Of a DNA stretch of 64,000 nucleotides, positions 1 through 12,702 are shown piece by piece. Each line of letters starts with the position of its first letter. Within the stretch, counting starts at the first letter, position 1. The stretch spans positions 56,544,001 through 56,608,000 of the forward strand of contig OX597819.1 in assembly GCA_951406725.2 (NCBI GenBank). The letters are read 5' to 3'. This stretch comes from Octopus vulgaris (taxonomy: Eukaryota). The notes beneath the pieces were generated by a model that was not told the DNA's origin, made no database searches, and saw only the letters and a program-made list of their open reading frames with translations. A program made the position numbers and the translations under genes.

Positions 1-359
1 TTCTCTTTGCAGGCCTCGACTTGTCGTCGCAGAGTTGTCTGCAGGCGGCAAGACAATTTGCTTCGGGGACCTGACGGGGAGAATTGTTAAACACTTTTTG
101 AACATTTTGAACATTTTTAAACATGTTGAAGAGGAGGTTTATTACCTCCTCTGAAAAAATGTAATTTGAACATTCTGAACATTTTTGAACATTTACTAAA
201 TGTATTCATTGAACATTGTCTTAGAGAAGCGGGGGTCGGCGGGCGCTTTCGTCTTCTCCCATCACCATCTTCATTCCATCACCATCATTCATTAATGTCT
301 ATGTCCAGCCCGTAGCTACTATCTGTGTACTGCCCTTGTGGCAAATTAAATGAAATAAA
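1..359 (+). mobile_element. 3' end of a Tx1/L1-like non-LTR element (upstream member of a tandem insertion)
   Basis: 220-359 aligns with the 3' UTR at ~2390-2540 (ttagagaagc..gtcggcgggcgctttc..gtccagcccg..atctgtgtactgcc..ggcaaat..tgaaataaa) and is followed by the same SINE target sequence. Confidence 0.7.
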
Positions 360-380
360 GTAGCTTGCTAACCAGACATG

Positions 381-2540
381 CGCAGTTAGTCGGTTGCTTC
401 TTGTTGAGCTCGAGCGGACGTGAGTAACAAGCTCTGTCCAACTAAAGAAAAAAGACCAAAAACGGAAAGTTGTCGAGGTAAGTGATTTTGTTTATTGTGA
501 GTTGGGCATAATTTATTGCGTGCCAATTATTATTTCAGTAGGTTGTGTCCAACTCTGAGACAATTTCGCCTTCGCTGGGCGGCTGCCGTTTTTGTGTTCA
601 TTGAAAAAAAAGAAAAAACAGTGGAGGGGCGTATACTCAGGATTCAATACAGTTACTGTTAAAATTACCGTTGGCAGTAACCAGTGCTGTGTTTGAGTTT
701 GCTGAATTTATTCCCTTGTCAGAGTACTTCGCAAGAAAAGTATAAAAATAAGCCACTATTGGATTACCTTTCGGACCCATTTTTGTGGAGGTTGTGTTGC
801 AGTTGCGGCGTTCCAGGTTCAACCCAGGCCGGGAGTACCGCAGAATATTTTTGCTGTGTTTTTTCTGTTTATTAACTTTCTTTTGAACTTCATTTACCCC
901 CCCCCTTTTGTTTTTTCTTTATTGCGACTTTCCGTTAATTTCTTCCCTTCTGTTGTGCTTTCTCCTTTTTGTTTTTTCAAAAATCTATCAAATTTATTTA
1001 GACTTTTGAACTTTTTTCTTCCTGCTTTTGAGTCTAATTTGAATATATTTTTTAAAAAACATGGCAATGAAAAATAACAAAGTTTTGGAGTGGGAAATCA
1101 TACCACCCAAAAAGTGGTTGAAGGACCGTGAAGATAGGACGGTGGTGTTGAGAACCTACTCCAAGGCACTTGACACCATCGCCCTATTCGAAAAGACGGC
1201 AATTGAGGAGGAGTTGGAGGAGTATTTGCCAACAATTAAATTCATTTCCAGGGGTGTCAAATATGGAACGGTGTGGTTGCTGTTTGACACACCTGAAGAG
1301 GCTTGCAAATTTGCTAGCGAACCCTTGGAGGGTAAGGAAATCTTATTCCTGCCCACTTACAAAAAAAGAAATTAATGAAAGCTTGGATCTGCGGACTGCC
1401 ACCCGACATAGAACCCGAGTGGATAGAGGAGACTATCCGCCGGGGTCTGGGTGACAGCGAAACTAAGCTCCTCAATGTAAAAGTTCTTCCTGCGGCTGCT
1501 TGGGTTGGCTCGAAAGCAGTTTTGACCCTGTGGACCCAATCAGCCAATCTGGTTTTTCCAGATTTTTTGAAAATGGCCGGGTGCAGGTACCCGGTGATGC
1601 TTGAGGGTCGCCCCCCTAAGTGTCATCGGTGCTTGGAGTCCGGCCACATAAAGAAGAACTGTCCTCGGGAACAAAATAGGATCCCGGAACAGTTAAGTAA
1701 AACCCCTCTAGAAGAGGGAACGATAACGGCCGAGAAAGCAGAGGATTCCTCAAGCAGAGGCCGAAAGAGGAAGGTGAGCAACAATGGGTGCTCACCAAAG
1801 GATAATAGGGATGAGGAGAGGAGGGCGAATCTTCCAGCCACGGAGGAGACGCACCCTCCCTCAGTTGAAAAGGGAAAAAAAAAGAAAAAGAGGAAGAAAA
1901 ACGGGACGTTGCCGGCTGTCAGTGTGGCACCGGAATGTCGCGGAACTACGTCGGTTGGGGTTGTGCCACCGACAAGAGAAGGAATACCGTTGGCGGAAAC
2001 TGTGCCGCCAACGAAAGAACTGAATGTATTGGTCCTCTTCTATAGAGGAGGAGAAATTGAAAAAGTGATGGAAGAGCACTACAAGGGAGCACCTTTAGCC
2101 TTCACACAGGACCCCGAATGGCCTCCGCAGGTAGCTGTGGAGGCCGTGGCGTTCGACGTGACGCTAGGGCTAAAGGAGCTCAATGAAGACTATAACTTGG
2201 TCCCGGGCGACGCGAACTCGGAACTTGACTACGTTCTGAGGGAGGCGTGGTTGATGGTGGAGGGCGCGGGCACAAGCTATTTCGAGGACGATATGTATTA
2301 TTAGTAATGGACTTAAGTCCAAAAATTGAAAAATTGTAAGAGGTTTAATACCTCGTTTTGTGTTAATCTTTTTTTAAAAAGAACAATGTTTTAGAGAAGC
2401 AAAAGTCGGCGGGCGCTTTCTGTCTTCTCCCATCCTTATCATCTTTCTTTCATTATCATTCACCTCATTAATGTCCTCGTCCAGCCCGCAAAGCTAACTT
2501 AATCTGTGTACTGCCTTTATGGCAAATGTTTTGAAATAAA
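381..2540 (+). mobile_element. ORF1-only (HAL1-like) Tx1/L1-clade non-autonomous retroelement
   Basis: Long 5' UTR, ORF1 with a CCHC knuckle, ~236-bp 3' UTR ending aaataaa, no RT/endonuclease ORF. Flanked by gtagcttgctaaccagacatg (360-380) and gtagcttgattaccaaccacatg (2541-2563), a TSD-like copy of SINE sequence. Confidence 0.75.
1061..2304 (+). pseudogene. ORF1/Gag-like nucleic-acid-binding protein with one frameshift near 1361-1375
   Basis: ORFs 1061-1375 and 1375-2304 join across an A-run. Contains KCHRCLESGHIKKNCP (CX2CX4HX4C), the preceding motif WICGLPP, and basic runs (RGRKRK, KKKKKRKK), typical of L1/Tx1 ORF1. Confidence 0.75.
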
Positions 2541-2862
2541 GTAGCTTGATTACCAACCACATGGATCTGACTTCAGTCCCACTGAGTGGCACCTTCGGCA
2601 AGTTTCTTCTATTATAGATTTGCGCGGAAAGAAACCTGTCGTACACATTTGTATATATTTGTGTATGTGTGTTTGTGTGATTGTGTTTGTCTCTGCAACA
2701 TCGCTTGACAACCAATGCTGGTATATTTACGTCCCCGTAACCTAGCGGTTCGGCTAAACAGTACTATGCTAAGAAAGAATAAGTCCTGGTGTCGATTTGC
2801 TCGACTAAATGCGATACTTCAGCATGGCCTGCAGTCAAATAACTGAAACAATTAAAATAAAA
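2541..2862 (+). mobile_element. tRNA-derived SINE family A, 5' part separated by the Tx1-like insertion
   Basis: Matches the full copy at 47486-47890 from gtagcttg onward (cagtcccactg..caacatcgcttgacaacc..gcatggcc..cagtcaaat..actgaaacaa). Confidence 0.85.
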
Positions 2863-2865
2863 GAA

Positions 2866-2901
2866 AACACACATACATATATATATACATGTGTGTATAC
2901 A

Positions 2902-2933
<32 letters not shown>

Positions 2934-3025
2934 CACACATGTATATATATATATATATATATACACACATGTATATATATATATATATATACACATGTAT
3001 ATATACATATATTATATACACACAC

Positions 3026-3082
<57 letters not shown>

Positions 3083-3186
3083 TGTATATATATATATATA
3101 TAGATATATATATATATATATACACACACATATGTATATATATATATATATATATATACACATACACACATATGTATATATATTAC

Positions 3187-3224
<38 letters not shown>

Positions 3225-3290
3225 CACACACATATGTATATATATATTACATTATATATCATATATACATATATATATACATATACATAC
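2866..3290. repeat. Compound (TA)n/(CA)n microsatellite
   Basis: Direct inspection; explains the YI-repeat ORFs. Confidence 0.95.
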
Positions 3291-3862
3291 ACTAGTATAA
3301 TCGATGGTAGATGTTCTTCTAGACAGTAAGTAAAACGAGGCTGTGGAGACGGAGAGATAGTCAAATAAAATGTAGTATTGTTTTTTGTTTGGTATTTCTG
3401 TTGTAGATGGGCCTGCGACGAAAATTGAATTATTTCAACCAAGTGATAAATCTAGATTAATTTTATTGGTTTTGTAATTATCGGTACTCTTTTTTCTTTC
3501 TTGCTTTAGATAAACCTTGTCCTCATCTGGTGATCTATTTAAGATATAATATCATCTAATTTCTGAACAGTAAGTGGATTGTTGTATAGAGTTGAGAATG
3601 TTTGAGAACGCATGCGATTTTGTATTGAATTAAGAAATCTATTTCCTTAAACAATATAAGTTGGTAAGATACGAACAAAAAGTTAAACACAAACAGATGT
3701 GTCTTTCTTTATGTTTGAGAATATGTTTGTACGAATTTCAACGTGATTAAGAAGGTTATTTTACAACTATATATTTTCATGTTCGATTCTAAGCTTGCGG
3801 AACTGGATCTTGCATTCTTAGTTCGTGAAATATGGTCGACGCAAATACTAAAGAGGCGTACA

Positions 3863-3949
<87 letters not shown>

Positions 3950-3956
<7 letters not shown>

Positions 3957-4800
3957 TAATCTATCCTCTATTTGATATATTGAGGTCTAATTCTTTTTGT
4001 GCATACTTCAATACAGCAATATCTATACATTATCTGCAATGTATACTATTAAATATCCATCACGGCAGGTCTTATCAGTCGGTTTCGCATAAAGAACACA
4101 ATGGAGTGTTAAGAAACAAAACCCGGTTATATAACTTTATGCTCATCAGAGTTAGCCGATATATATGGCGACTGCTCTTTATTGTAGGAGATGGATTAGG
4201 ACAACCAGTCAGCTGCTGTTGTGAAAAAGGTGGTGAAACCCAAAATAGGTCATGGATTAGTTTAGGAGTTATGTCCCTTGCTATGAAGCCGGAAAGAGTT
4301 ATCTCCAAGTGGAGAAAGTGCATATTATTAATGTGGTGCTCCTGTGAGGATGGGGTGTGTGCTATGTGTAGCAGTGCCATATGTATGATTTTTTTCCGGG
4401 GGTGCAGCTATATATAGCTGTGTTCGTTGGTTTATTTTCTTTCGGTAAAGGATAAAGTCGTAGGGAGAGGGTTTATGTTAGCGTGTGGTGTGTAATATGT
4501 GTCTGTGTGGGGTTGTGTGTATGTGTGAAGGGTTTGTGTTGTGGGGTGTTCGCCTTAGAGTCCGCCTTATAGGGGTGTGTACGTGTGTGTACATTGGTGC
4601 TTTGGTGTCTGTTTTGGTCATATTCTTTTTGTCGGGCCCAAGGGCATTGCTAGAAGGTCATTTGCAGAAGATCGGGGCAGGTGACATGTGGTTGTCATGG
4701 TCGGGTAGACAGGTACGATAGAATGTACTTCCTTTCATGCGGGCAAAGATTAAAGACCTCACTCCTGCTAGTCAGGTAAACATCCAGGCGATGGGTACCT
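3950..4800 (-). mobile_element. Decayed Penelope-like element 3' end with hammerhead-bearing pLTR remnant
   Basis: The minus strand at ~4700-4770 reads SRSEVFNLCPHERKYIL, resembling the CNLCxxEK motif at the end of PLE GIY-YIG proteins. A hammerhead core lies downstream on the same strand. Confidence 0.5.
4071..4153 (-). ncRNA. Hammerhead ribozyme core, stems I/III decayed
   Basis: Minus strand CUGAUGA-GCAUAAAG..CUUUAUGC-GAAAC with a perfect 8-bp stem II. No good stem I or GUH triplet. Confidence 0.6.
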
Positions 4801-4838
4801 TTTATATGTATATATGTACACATATGGGGTGGGGTAAA

Positions 4839-5060
4839 GGCACATGGCTTAGTAGTTAGGGCGTTGCACTCACAAGTGCGAGATCATGGGTTCAATTCTC
4901 AGGCCGCGCGTTGAGTTGTGTTTTTCAGCAAAGCACTTCATTTCACGTTGATCTGCGATCATTTCTTCATCTGACATGTGGCACACGGAGCACCTCTGCA
5001 GGTAATGTCGACTTGATGGAGAAAATGTGTACAAACTTATGTGCACAAACATTTGATGAC
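4839..5060 (+). mobile_element. Decayed tRNA-derived (CORE-like) SINE
   Basis: A-box-like tggcttagtag and B-box-like ggttcaattct, followed by tgtgtttttcagcaaagcacttcatttcacgttg. Confidence 0.6.
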
Positions 5061-5133
5061 TATAAACAAATTAATTGTGTGGTTGTTCGGTAAGAACTTG
5101 CCGAAATCTCATACATATATAGCCACTCACTCA

Positions 5134-5213
<80 letters not shown>

Positions 5214-5308
5214 GAAGAACATGCGTGGCGTTCAATCATAAAATAATATAAATAATATGTGTATAAATGCATATATACATACGTATATGTACATATTTAC
5301 ATCTATAC

Positions 5309-5351
<43 letters not shown>

Positions 5352-6195
5352 TATGCATATGTGGGGCACAGGACGTCACGAAACGTGTACGACAAAAAAG
5401 TACGAAGCTCGAGTACGTGGAACATAAACTATTCTTTCGAACAACGAATGGAAAACAAAACAAAACAAACACAAACAACGACCCTTCATCAGTTGTTGGC
5501 TGTTTTTCTAGTCTCGTATTTCGGGTATTTAACAACAATATACGCTTTCGATAAAACAGTTGCTCCCGCAAAGGAAATCAAATAAAATTTGGGATTTTGC
5601 GGAGGGGGAAAATAGGTAACAAAAACAAGACAGGAAGGGCTGCTAAGCCTAAACGAGGCTGTGGTGGCGAACGCGTAAATCAAGCTAGGACGGGAGACAA
5701 ACAAGAACACGTATTCCTTGTTCCAGCTACAACGGAGAGAAAGAAAGAAAGATGACCGATGGCCACGTGGGAGCCACGTAAGCATGGGAAAAGGAATGAG
5801 GGAGAGAGTGACAGAGTAATAGTATAGAATAGTAGAGGAAGAGGTAAGAGAATAAGAGAGAGAAAAAGAGAGAAAAACGAAAGAGTAAAAAGATCGTATA
5901 GAGTGCCCATCTATATATAAGTACGTATATATGTGTATGTATGTATGTATGTATGTATGTATGTATGAATGTATGCATGTATGTATGTATGTGTGTTGTA
6001 TGTATGTATGTGTGTTGTGTATTCAGATGTACTTTTTCTTTTCAATCGAGAGTTTGGGATATAGTATTTTTTATAAGCTATGAACAAAGCTTTCGGCCCG
6101 TGACTCAGTATCCTAACTTTCTGTACAATAGAAATAAAAAGAAACAGAGCACTGATGACTGAGTTTATTTTCCCATTTATTCAAGCTGGCACACA

Positions 6196-6250
<55 letters not shown>

Positions 6251-7588
6251 ACCTATATGTAAATGCATATGATAAAACACACGACGAGAGCAGTGAAATA
6301 TTTGGAGAGGAAAACTATTCATCATTCATTGAATGTGAGATGAATACCTTTCTCAAGGTTGACCCCTCAAATTTCTCCCTTTTTATAAAGCTGGCTGCTC
6401 TTCTGATATTTGCTGTAAAAGTTTTGTATTCAAAATCGTAAGGTATATTTTCTGAAACATGAATTCCCTTTGCAAAATTTATAACAATCATCATAGTTGG
6501 ACAGAACAACAGCGATACTATAAAAGAATCGTACCAAAACATCAAGAAATACAAACGTTCTTTAATTGTAGTTATAGAAGAAGGTATAATTATAAAATAT
6601 ATGTGTATATATATTTAGTCATGAGTACAATAATGATATTGTTAATTGCTATAAAGTTGCAAAATGCAGATCCAGATGTTGTTTTTGAAAGCATGAAAAC
6701 ATACTGGGACGAACTGCATTCAGAACAAAAATGTTTTATACTAATGAGGGACATTTAATGAACGAAGAATGGGATATTAAGGTAATATTGTTTCCGAGAA
6801 ATGAGTGTAATACAAATTGAAAATATAAACATTGTACAAATATATTCGCGTGGGAATTCTAGATTAGGAATGTATTCGCGAGTACACTGCGTCCCTGCAG
6901 CCTAAGGGTGAGGTTGTACGCGTTTCTACTACTATACCATCGCGTGCCCAAACTGTCCCCCCCCCACAATTTGCTGTTACCGAACGGCGAAAATATAGCC
7001 TTTACACCAAAAACAAAATATAGCTGCATCAGCCTGTAAAAATTTGTGTGGCGCACCAGCAGTGTTCTTCGTCTTGTCACATACTCAGCATTAAAGATTA
7101 AAAGACCAAGCACATCATATCCTTATGCCTCAATCCATTCAATAAATATCAAATCGTTTTACGCTTTTTCAGTGATTTTACAAATTCTACTTTAAGGCTC
7201 CCTGAAAAACTCTTTCATTTCCAGGAAAATACAAGCATGTTACGCTCTTCCTTGCCAGTTTTCCGATCACCTCCAAAGCAAAGAAACCCTGCTCATTGTA
7301 ATATAGCTTTCTCGTGTTCTTTTCCTGCAGGTGGTCACACGTAAATCTTGTATATCATCAAATTTAAAAGTTTCCTTTGTCTACTTGTTTAATGATAGTC
7401 TTTTTTTTACTACTTGTTTCTTTTAAACTTGTGCTGATGTTTCACCAGTTTGCTTTTTTCTGTTAGTTCTTTAGCAGCGTCTTCAGCAATGTCTTTCACG
7501 CTACTATGTCAGATGTCTTACTAGTAAACAAACACACGTTTGTAGAAAATGATACATGGCTAAAGCACAAAACTTTCAACTACACCAT

Positions 7589-7883
7589 ATTTATTTATTT
7601 TTTTTATTTATGCGCCCTTTTCAAGCCTAGCCAAGCTCATGGGCTCCGTTTCCCGGTTTCTATGGCGTATGTTTGTCCCCCCCCCCCCACACCCAGCTGG
7701 ACGGAACGCCTGTTCATCGCAGCGTTACTCAAGAAATAGGAAGAAAGAGTGAGAGAAAGTTGGGGCCTCGTGGAGCTTTAGGTGTTTTCGCTCAATAAAC
7801 ACACACAACGCCCAGTCTGGGAATCGAAACCGCGATCCTCCAACCGCGAGTCCGCTGCCCTAACCACTGGGCCATTGCGCCTC
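7589..7883 (-). mobile_element. tRNA-derived SINE family C with 12-bp TSD
   Basis: Minus-strand head gaggcgcaa-TGGCCCAGTGG..GTTTCGATTCC (A and B boxes) and an A-rich tail. TSD caactacaccat at 7577-7588 and 7884-7895. Confidence 0.9.
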
Positions 7884-8029
7884 CAACTACACCATGTATT
7901 GAAGAATATTTCTAAAAATTTAAATACCTTGATGACAATGTAATGAAATTAAAAAACAATCATAGAGAACATCGTTGCAAATCCGACTCTCAAGACATCG
8001 TTAAAATACGTCATTTGCTTTGCAATTCG

Positions 8030-8427
8030 GGCAAAAGGCCAGCGGTTTTGAGGGTGATGGATTAACTGATTACACCGACCCAAGTGTTCGTTTGATACTG
8101 ATTTTATCGAGTCCCACAAGATGAAGGCGAATTCGATTTATGTAGAATTTCAGTAAGACGGAAGACATGTCGCTTAACATTTTGTTTGGAGTGCGAACGA
8201 TTCTGCCAACACACCGCCTTATCAATAATAGCAAAAAAAATCCTTCTAATTGTTGGCACACGGCCAGCAATTTTGAATGAAGGGTACGATCGATTACACC
8301 GACTTCGTTTGTTGACCCTGAAAGGTTGAAAAGCAAAGTCGATCTCAGTGGCATTTGAACACAGATCGTAAAAGGCCAGAAGAAATGCCGTTAAGCATTT
8401 TGTTTGGCTCGGTAACGATTCCGCCAA
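8030..8427 (-). mobile_element. Two decayed SINE family B copies in tandem
   Basis: Reverse complement of the ggcagaatcgtt..ttcaaat..gactttgc..gtcg..gtaatc family seen at 20001 and 41914. Confidence 0.75.
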
Positions 8428-10159
8428 CTTGTTGAACTTTTGGTAATATGAATAATAACAATTCGTAACTAACGTAGATTACGATAGGAAATATTAATTA
8501 ATAATGTCCCAGAGCGTGCATAATATATAAGTATTTCATTAGTTGTTTGATTTTATCGACGCCTGGTATGAAATAAATGCAAAAATATTCACTGCAGATT
8601 TTTGAACGGGAACATAACTAAATACGGTAAAACTTTCACGATTTTATATCAATAATAATAAACTAATATAAATTTATGGAGTGTTCAAAAGTAAGAAAGA
8701 TATTTTATATAGAAACAGCTACATAAATATTGTAGATGTTGAATAATTATAATACATTTACGGCAACCTGTCATACACCTAAAACTTCAACATTCAATAT
8801 ATTTTATTGTAGAAGAACACTTGTCAGCAGTTTTGTATGCACCATTATTTACGTTAACATAGAGTATAGTTATCTAAGAAAAAAGTATCTTTTTTTAGCA
8901 GTTACAAATGTCTGAAACACAGAGCTAATAGTGGAAAGGATTAAGAAACGTCAATGGTGACAAGAAATGTCTGTGATGGTGTAATGTGCATTTGAAATTA
9001 AATATTTTCCATTTAGTGCTCAACCATTTCAAAACTTTCCAATTTGGCAATGCTGCAAAATAAAACTAATGCGAATTTCACAATATAGAACGAAAGTTGA
9101 TCAAGCTGTTAGTAATACCTATCGAACTGAAGTAGTTGGAAAGAGTGTAGCTCCTGTCATTGTAAATTTGTTGCAAAATATAGCTGGCGCTATATCGAAG
9201 ACTCTGTTTACAATGGTATGGAATGTTTCAGCTAAGGAAAGTGTCGAATAACATTTTGGTCCATTAAATAGAGAATTGCTAGGGGAAACAATTGAAAGTA
9301 TATTCTATTGCATCTACCTATTAACAGTTTTCAGAATGTACAGCTGATAAAGCGTAGAATTATAAACACAAGTGAAACGTCCTACACACAGTAGGCGAAA
9401 TACTTAGCCGTTTGGAGAAATTGATTTTTTGAAAATGCACAGACGAAAACTTTGCAAATTCTCACTCTCAGAGACCAAAGAATGATTACATTAATACCTG
9501 GAACTTAAAGTGAAATCAATTACTAAAAGTAATTGAAAGATTTATAAGTGAGTAGTTTCCATTATTATGAAATATGTAGCATCAAACAGGATGGAAACAA
9601 AAGTCAGACTTTTGGAAACCGGGTATTAAATATGCAATATGCACTAGAGATGGCTTAAATAAATGGTATTGCTAGTTTGGAAATACACCCTATGAACCAA
9701 CAGATTTGAAGTTTAATTTAAGAGAAAGCCTATACGTCGTCATTCTGCCTGCTAGATGCAGAAGCCAAATCACCTTAGAATTAAAATCTCGCCCTCTGAA
9801 AATAAAAGAAATACAAGGGATAATGGATTCTGATGTTTCAAAAAGAAAACAAATATTCAAGCATGGAATATCCTTCGTTTGAAGTCTACTCAAGGTGGTC
9901 CCATTTCAGCTGAATGAACAGCAACAACCCGTTTTGAGATAACCGCGAAGTTTATTTCGTAGTTAAGCTGAAAGATGGTTGTGTGGTTAAGAATCTTGCT
10001 TTGCAACCACATGGTTTCTGGTTCACCACGTTTCACATCATTGGTGAAATGTCTTCTGCTATATCTTCGGACCAACCAATGCCTTGTGAGTGACTTTGGC
10101 GGACGAAACCCATGTGGAAATCTGTTTTAGTCGCCTGTGTGCATCTATGTACGTGCGTG

Positions 10160-10207
<48 letters not shown>

Positions 10208-10306
10208 TAACATCATTCAGTTTTATTTCTTGCTAATAGAAAAAGAGCCAGTGTCTAATGTAGATCCAATTTGTTGTAATTTCAACATCAGCAACAGGGT
10301 ATTTTT

Positions 10307-10475
10307 GTATGTATGTATGTATGTATGTATGTATGTATGTATGTATGTATGTATGTATGTATGTATGTATGTATGTATGTATGTATGTATGTATGTATGT
10401 ATGTATGTATGTATGTATGTATGTATGTATGTATGTATGTATGTATGTATGTATGTATGTATGTATGTATGTATG
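10307..10475. repeat. (ATGT)n tetranucleotide microsatellite
   Basis: Direct inspection; similar arrays at ~5935, ~12053, ~45007 and ~61571. Confidence 0.95.
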
Positions 10476-10554
10476 CGTGCAGATTTGTATGTTTTGCATT
10501 ATGTATGTCTTCTCATGCATATACCTGCATATGTAGACATGTTCACAAACGTAA

Positions 10555-11995
10555 ATGAGAAACTTCTGATAAGTTTTACAGATTTTTTTACAGCTCCAGT
10601 CATAGCTTGCATCTATAGTCTTCGAATCAACTTCATCCGTTCTGGTTTTGAGAAGCTTAATTTCTCAAGATTGGTATTTAGTCAGTGTGTAACATATCCC
10701 AGTGCCCCAGTAATTACAGGTATAAACCTGAACTAGTAATCTGGATAGAGTAACTGGAGATTTATCAATAGTTCAGCGTAGGTATTCTCTTTTTCACCGA
10801 CTTTCAGATTTACGTTAACATCCACTGGGCAGCTGATTTCCACAACTGTACACAGCTTATCTTCTCTATCCCAAATCATTATATCAGGTCTGCTGTGCTT
10901 ACATTTTATTAAGCTTTTCACTGGGACATTGCACCAGTATTCCTTTTTATTATAAGTAGCTATGGCTTCTATCATACTGTGGGTTTCTATTTCTTTGTTC
11001 TTGCGGTTATCCTTCTGACGGATTTCATTATAGATTTCCTTGCTACAATATCATGTCGCATCGGTGGATAATATCGTGATGACATTTTCAAACTACTGCT
11101 TATAATGTAGGTGATATCGTCGGTGTTAACTCCACAAAGTCTATATCAGTTATCGCATTTTACTGCTTTTCGTGCATCTCTATGTCTTTTGCGCATCAGG
11201 TATTTGGTCAATAATTTGTTCCTGGATTGCAAACGCATATCCTACAAAGTGTGAGATAGTAATACGGCTACTGGTCCATGATAGACTGCTCTGATAATCG
11301 ATGTTGCAATAATCTCGGACCTTTCTACTAACATAGCTATGCATAATCTTCTGCTCATATAGGCTCATCCTTTCATCTGATGATATATTGCGACAGAGTC
11401 GTACGACTCCTTTGTTCATGTATTTGAGGTTATCAGGCAAGGAATGTTCATTAAGGAGCTGCCATCTAAGTCTCATGCTGTTATCAGCCTCATGTATGTA
11501 AACTTGGTCAAATGACGCACTTTAACACTTGGTGGTTAAAAGATGTTGCCAAAGCAATATGATATGACATTCAAAAGCAGCTTTGATCGATGTTAAGCCT
11601 CCGCCGCCCTGTTTTCGTTTTATATAGAGGCGATCTACGTCACTGTTGATAGGGAAATTATGTGTTCTTGTTAGTATCTACCTGGTTTCCGTATCGATGA
11701 CTCGGATCTCATCAAGCGTCCAGTTAATCAGCCCAAATGCTGGTATGAGCACTGACACTGCAAAGATATTGTGAGCCACTAATTTATTGAATTCAGAGAG
11801 GTCCGAGATGCAAATTTTCTTTGTTCGGCTGCAATATTCTTTAGTGGCACAGATTTTGTTACAGGAGCCATTCTAAGATATGTTTTCATTTACCTCTAGA
11901 TACCTGTAGCGTTCCTCATCAGATATAGGGGAAACAGTTAAGTCTTGATGTAGATGTTGCTAGTCTGGTTTACAGTTTCGCTCTTTTCACTATCA
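10555..11995 (-). mobile_element. 5'-truncated, decayed RLE-type non-LTR retrotransposon (R4/Dong/NeSL-like)
   Basis: Minus-strand fragments give the late-RT motif GGGGLTSIK, a decayed CCHC region with RHDIVA, and the RLE motifs HSRPDIMIWD..VVEISCP..KENTYAEL..IPVITGALG. Many stops and frameshifts. Confidence 0.85.
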
Positions 11996-12702
11996 TATAG
12001 CAAGATTTATCCATTTATCCTGACCAAACTCCAACTCTATAACCTGTGAGCGTGTATGTATGTATGTATGTATGTATGTATGTATGTATGTATGTATGTA
12101 TGTATGTATGTGCCTGTATTTGAGTTTGCCCCTGTATAGCTGCAATCCTATCACGGAGACAACTAAACGATAAGAAAAGATCATTAGAGGAAATAAGTAA
12201 GACACTCAAGTTCAAAGTAGATCAAGTGCAAATCAATTTGAAAGTCAAACACGACAAATTATCTTTTATAATTTAATTTTCCCATTAACATCATATTGCA
12301 GTGTAAAGTTTAATGGAGTTAAATGGCATGAATAGAATCTATATTAACTATCAGAGATCTCAAAATTCAATTCAACTGAAGGCTGCACATAATCTAATGA
12401 GAAAATCTAGTAGAACAAATGAATAAAACTATAGACTGAAACACATTTAAGTTGCACCAATATCTTTTCTATGGAATATGTATTCCGCATTTCTTCAATG
12501 AATTATTAAAAGCAATGTAAACTATAATGAAAAAAACGAAAGACCTACTGTAAAATGATCAACAAAGTCGCTGTTATCCTGGGAAGTTACGCCATGCATT
12601 TGATGTAGCATGTCGCCATCTTACCTTTCATTTCAGAAATTAGATTTAAAGTTGCTATGTACAAATTCCTGGGTACCTTCATGAAACCAAGGTATATATA
12701 TA

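Noticed and set aside
1361-1377. TAATG stop-start overlap or programmed -1 frameshift between the two ORFs
   Set aside because: No in-frame XXXYYYZ heptamer, and the halves read as one ORF1. A 1-nt loss in the A-run is the simpler explanation.
220-2540. Direct repeats read as LTRs of an LTR/TRIM element
   Set aside because: The copies are quite diverged, lack TG..CA ends, PBS and PPT, and both end in aaataaa followed by target sequence. This fits tandem non-LTR 3' ends.
2764-3329. Many long YI/CV/HT/MYVC/poly-amino-acid ORFs here and throughout the window
   Set aside because: They are translations of stop-free microsatellites.
7810-7883. tRNA gene
   Set aside because: A and B boxes are present, but the sequence continues into a SINE body with a tail and TSD.
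8900-9900. Moderately complex sequence that might be coding (also ~6300-7500, ~35950-37100, ~46300-46900)
   Set aside because: No recognisable motif or sustained frame. Probably old TE debris that cannot be classified without a search.
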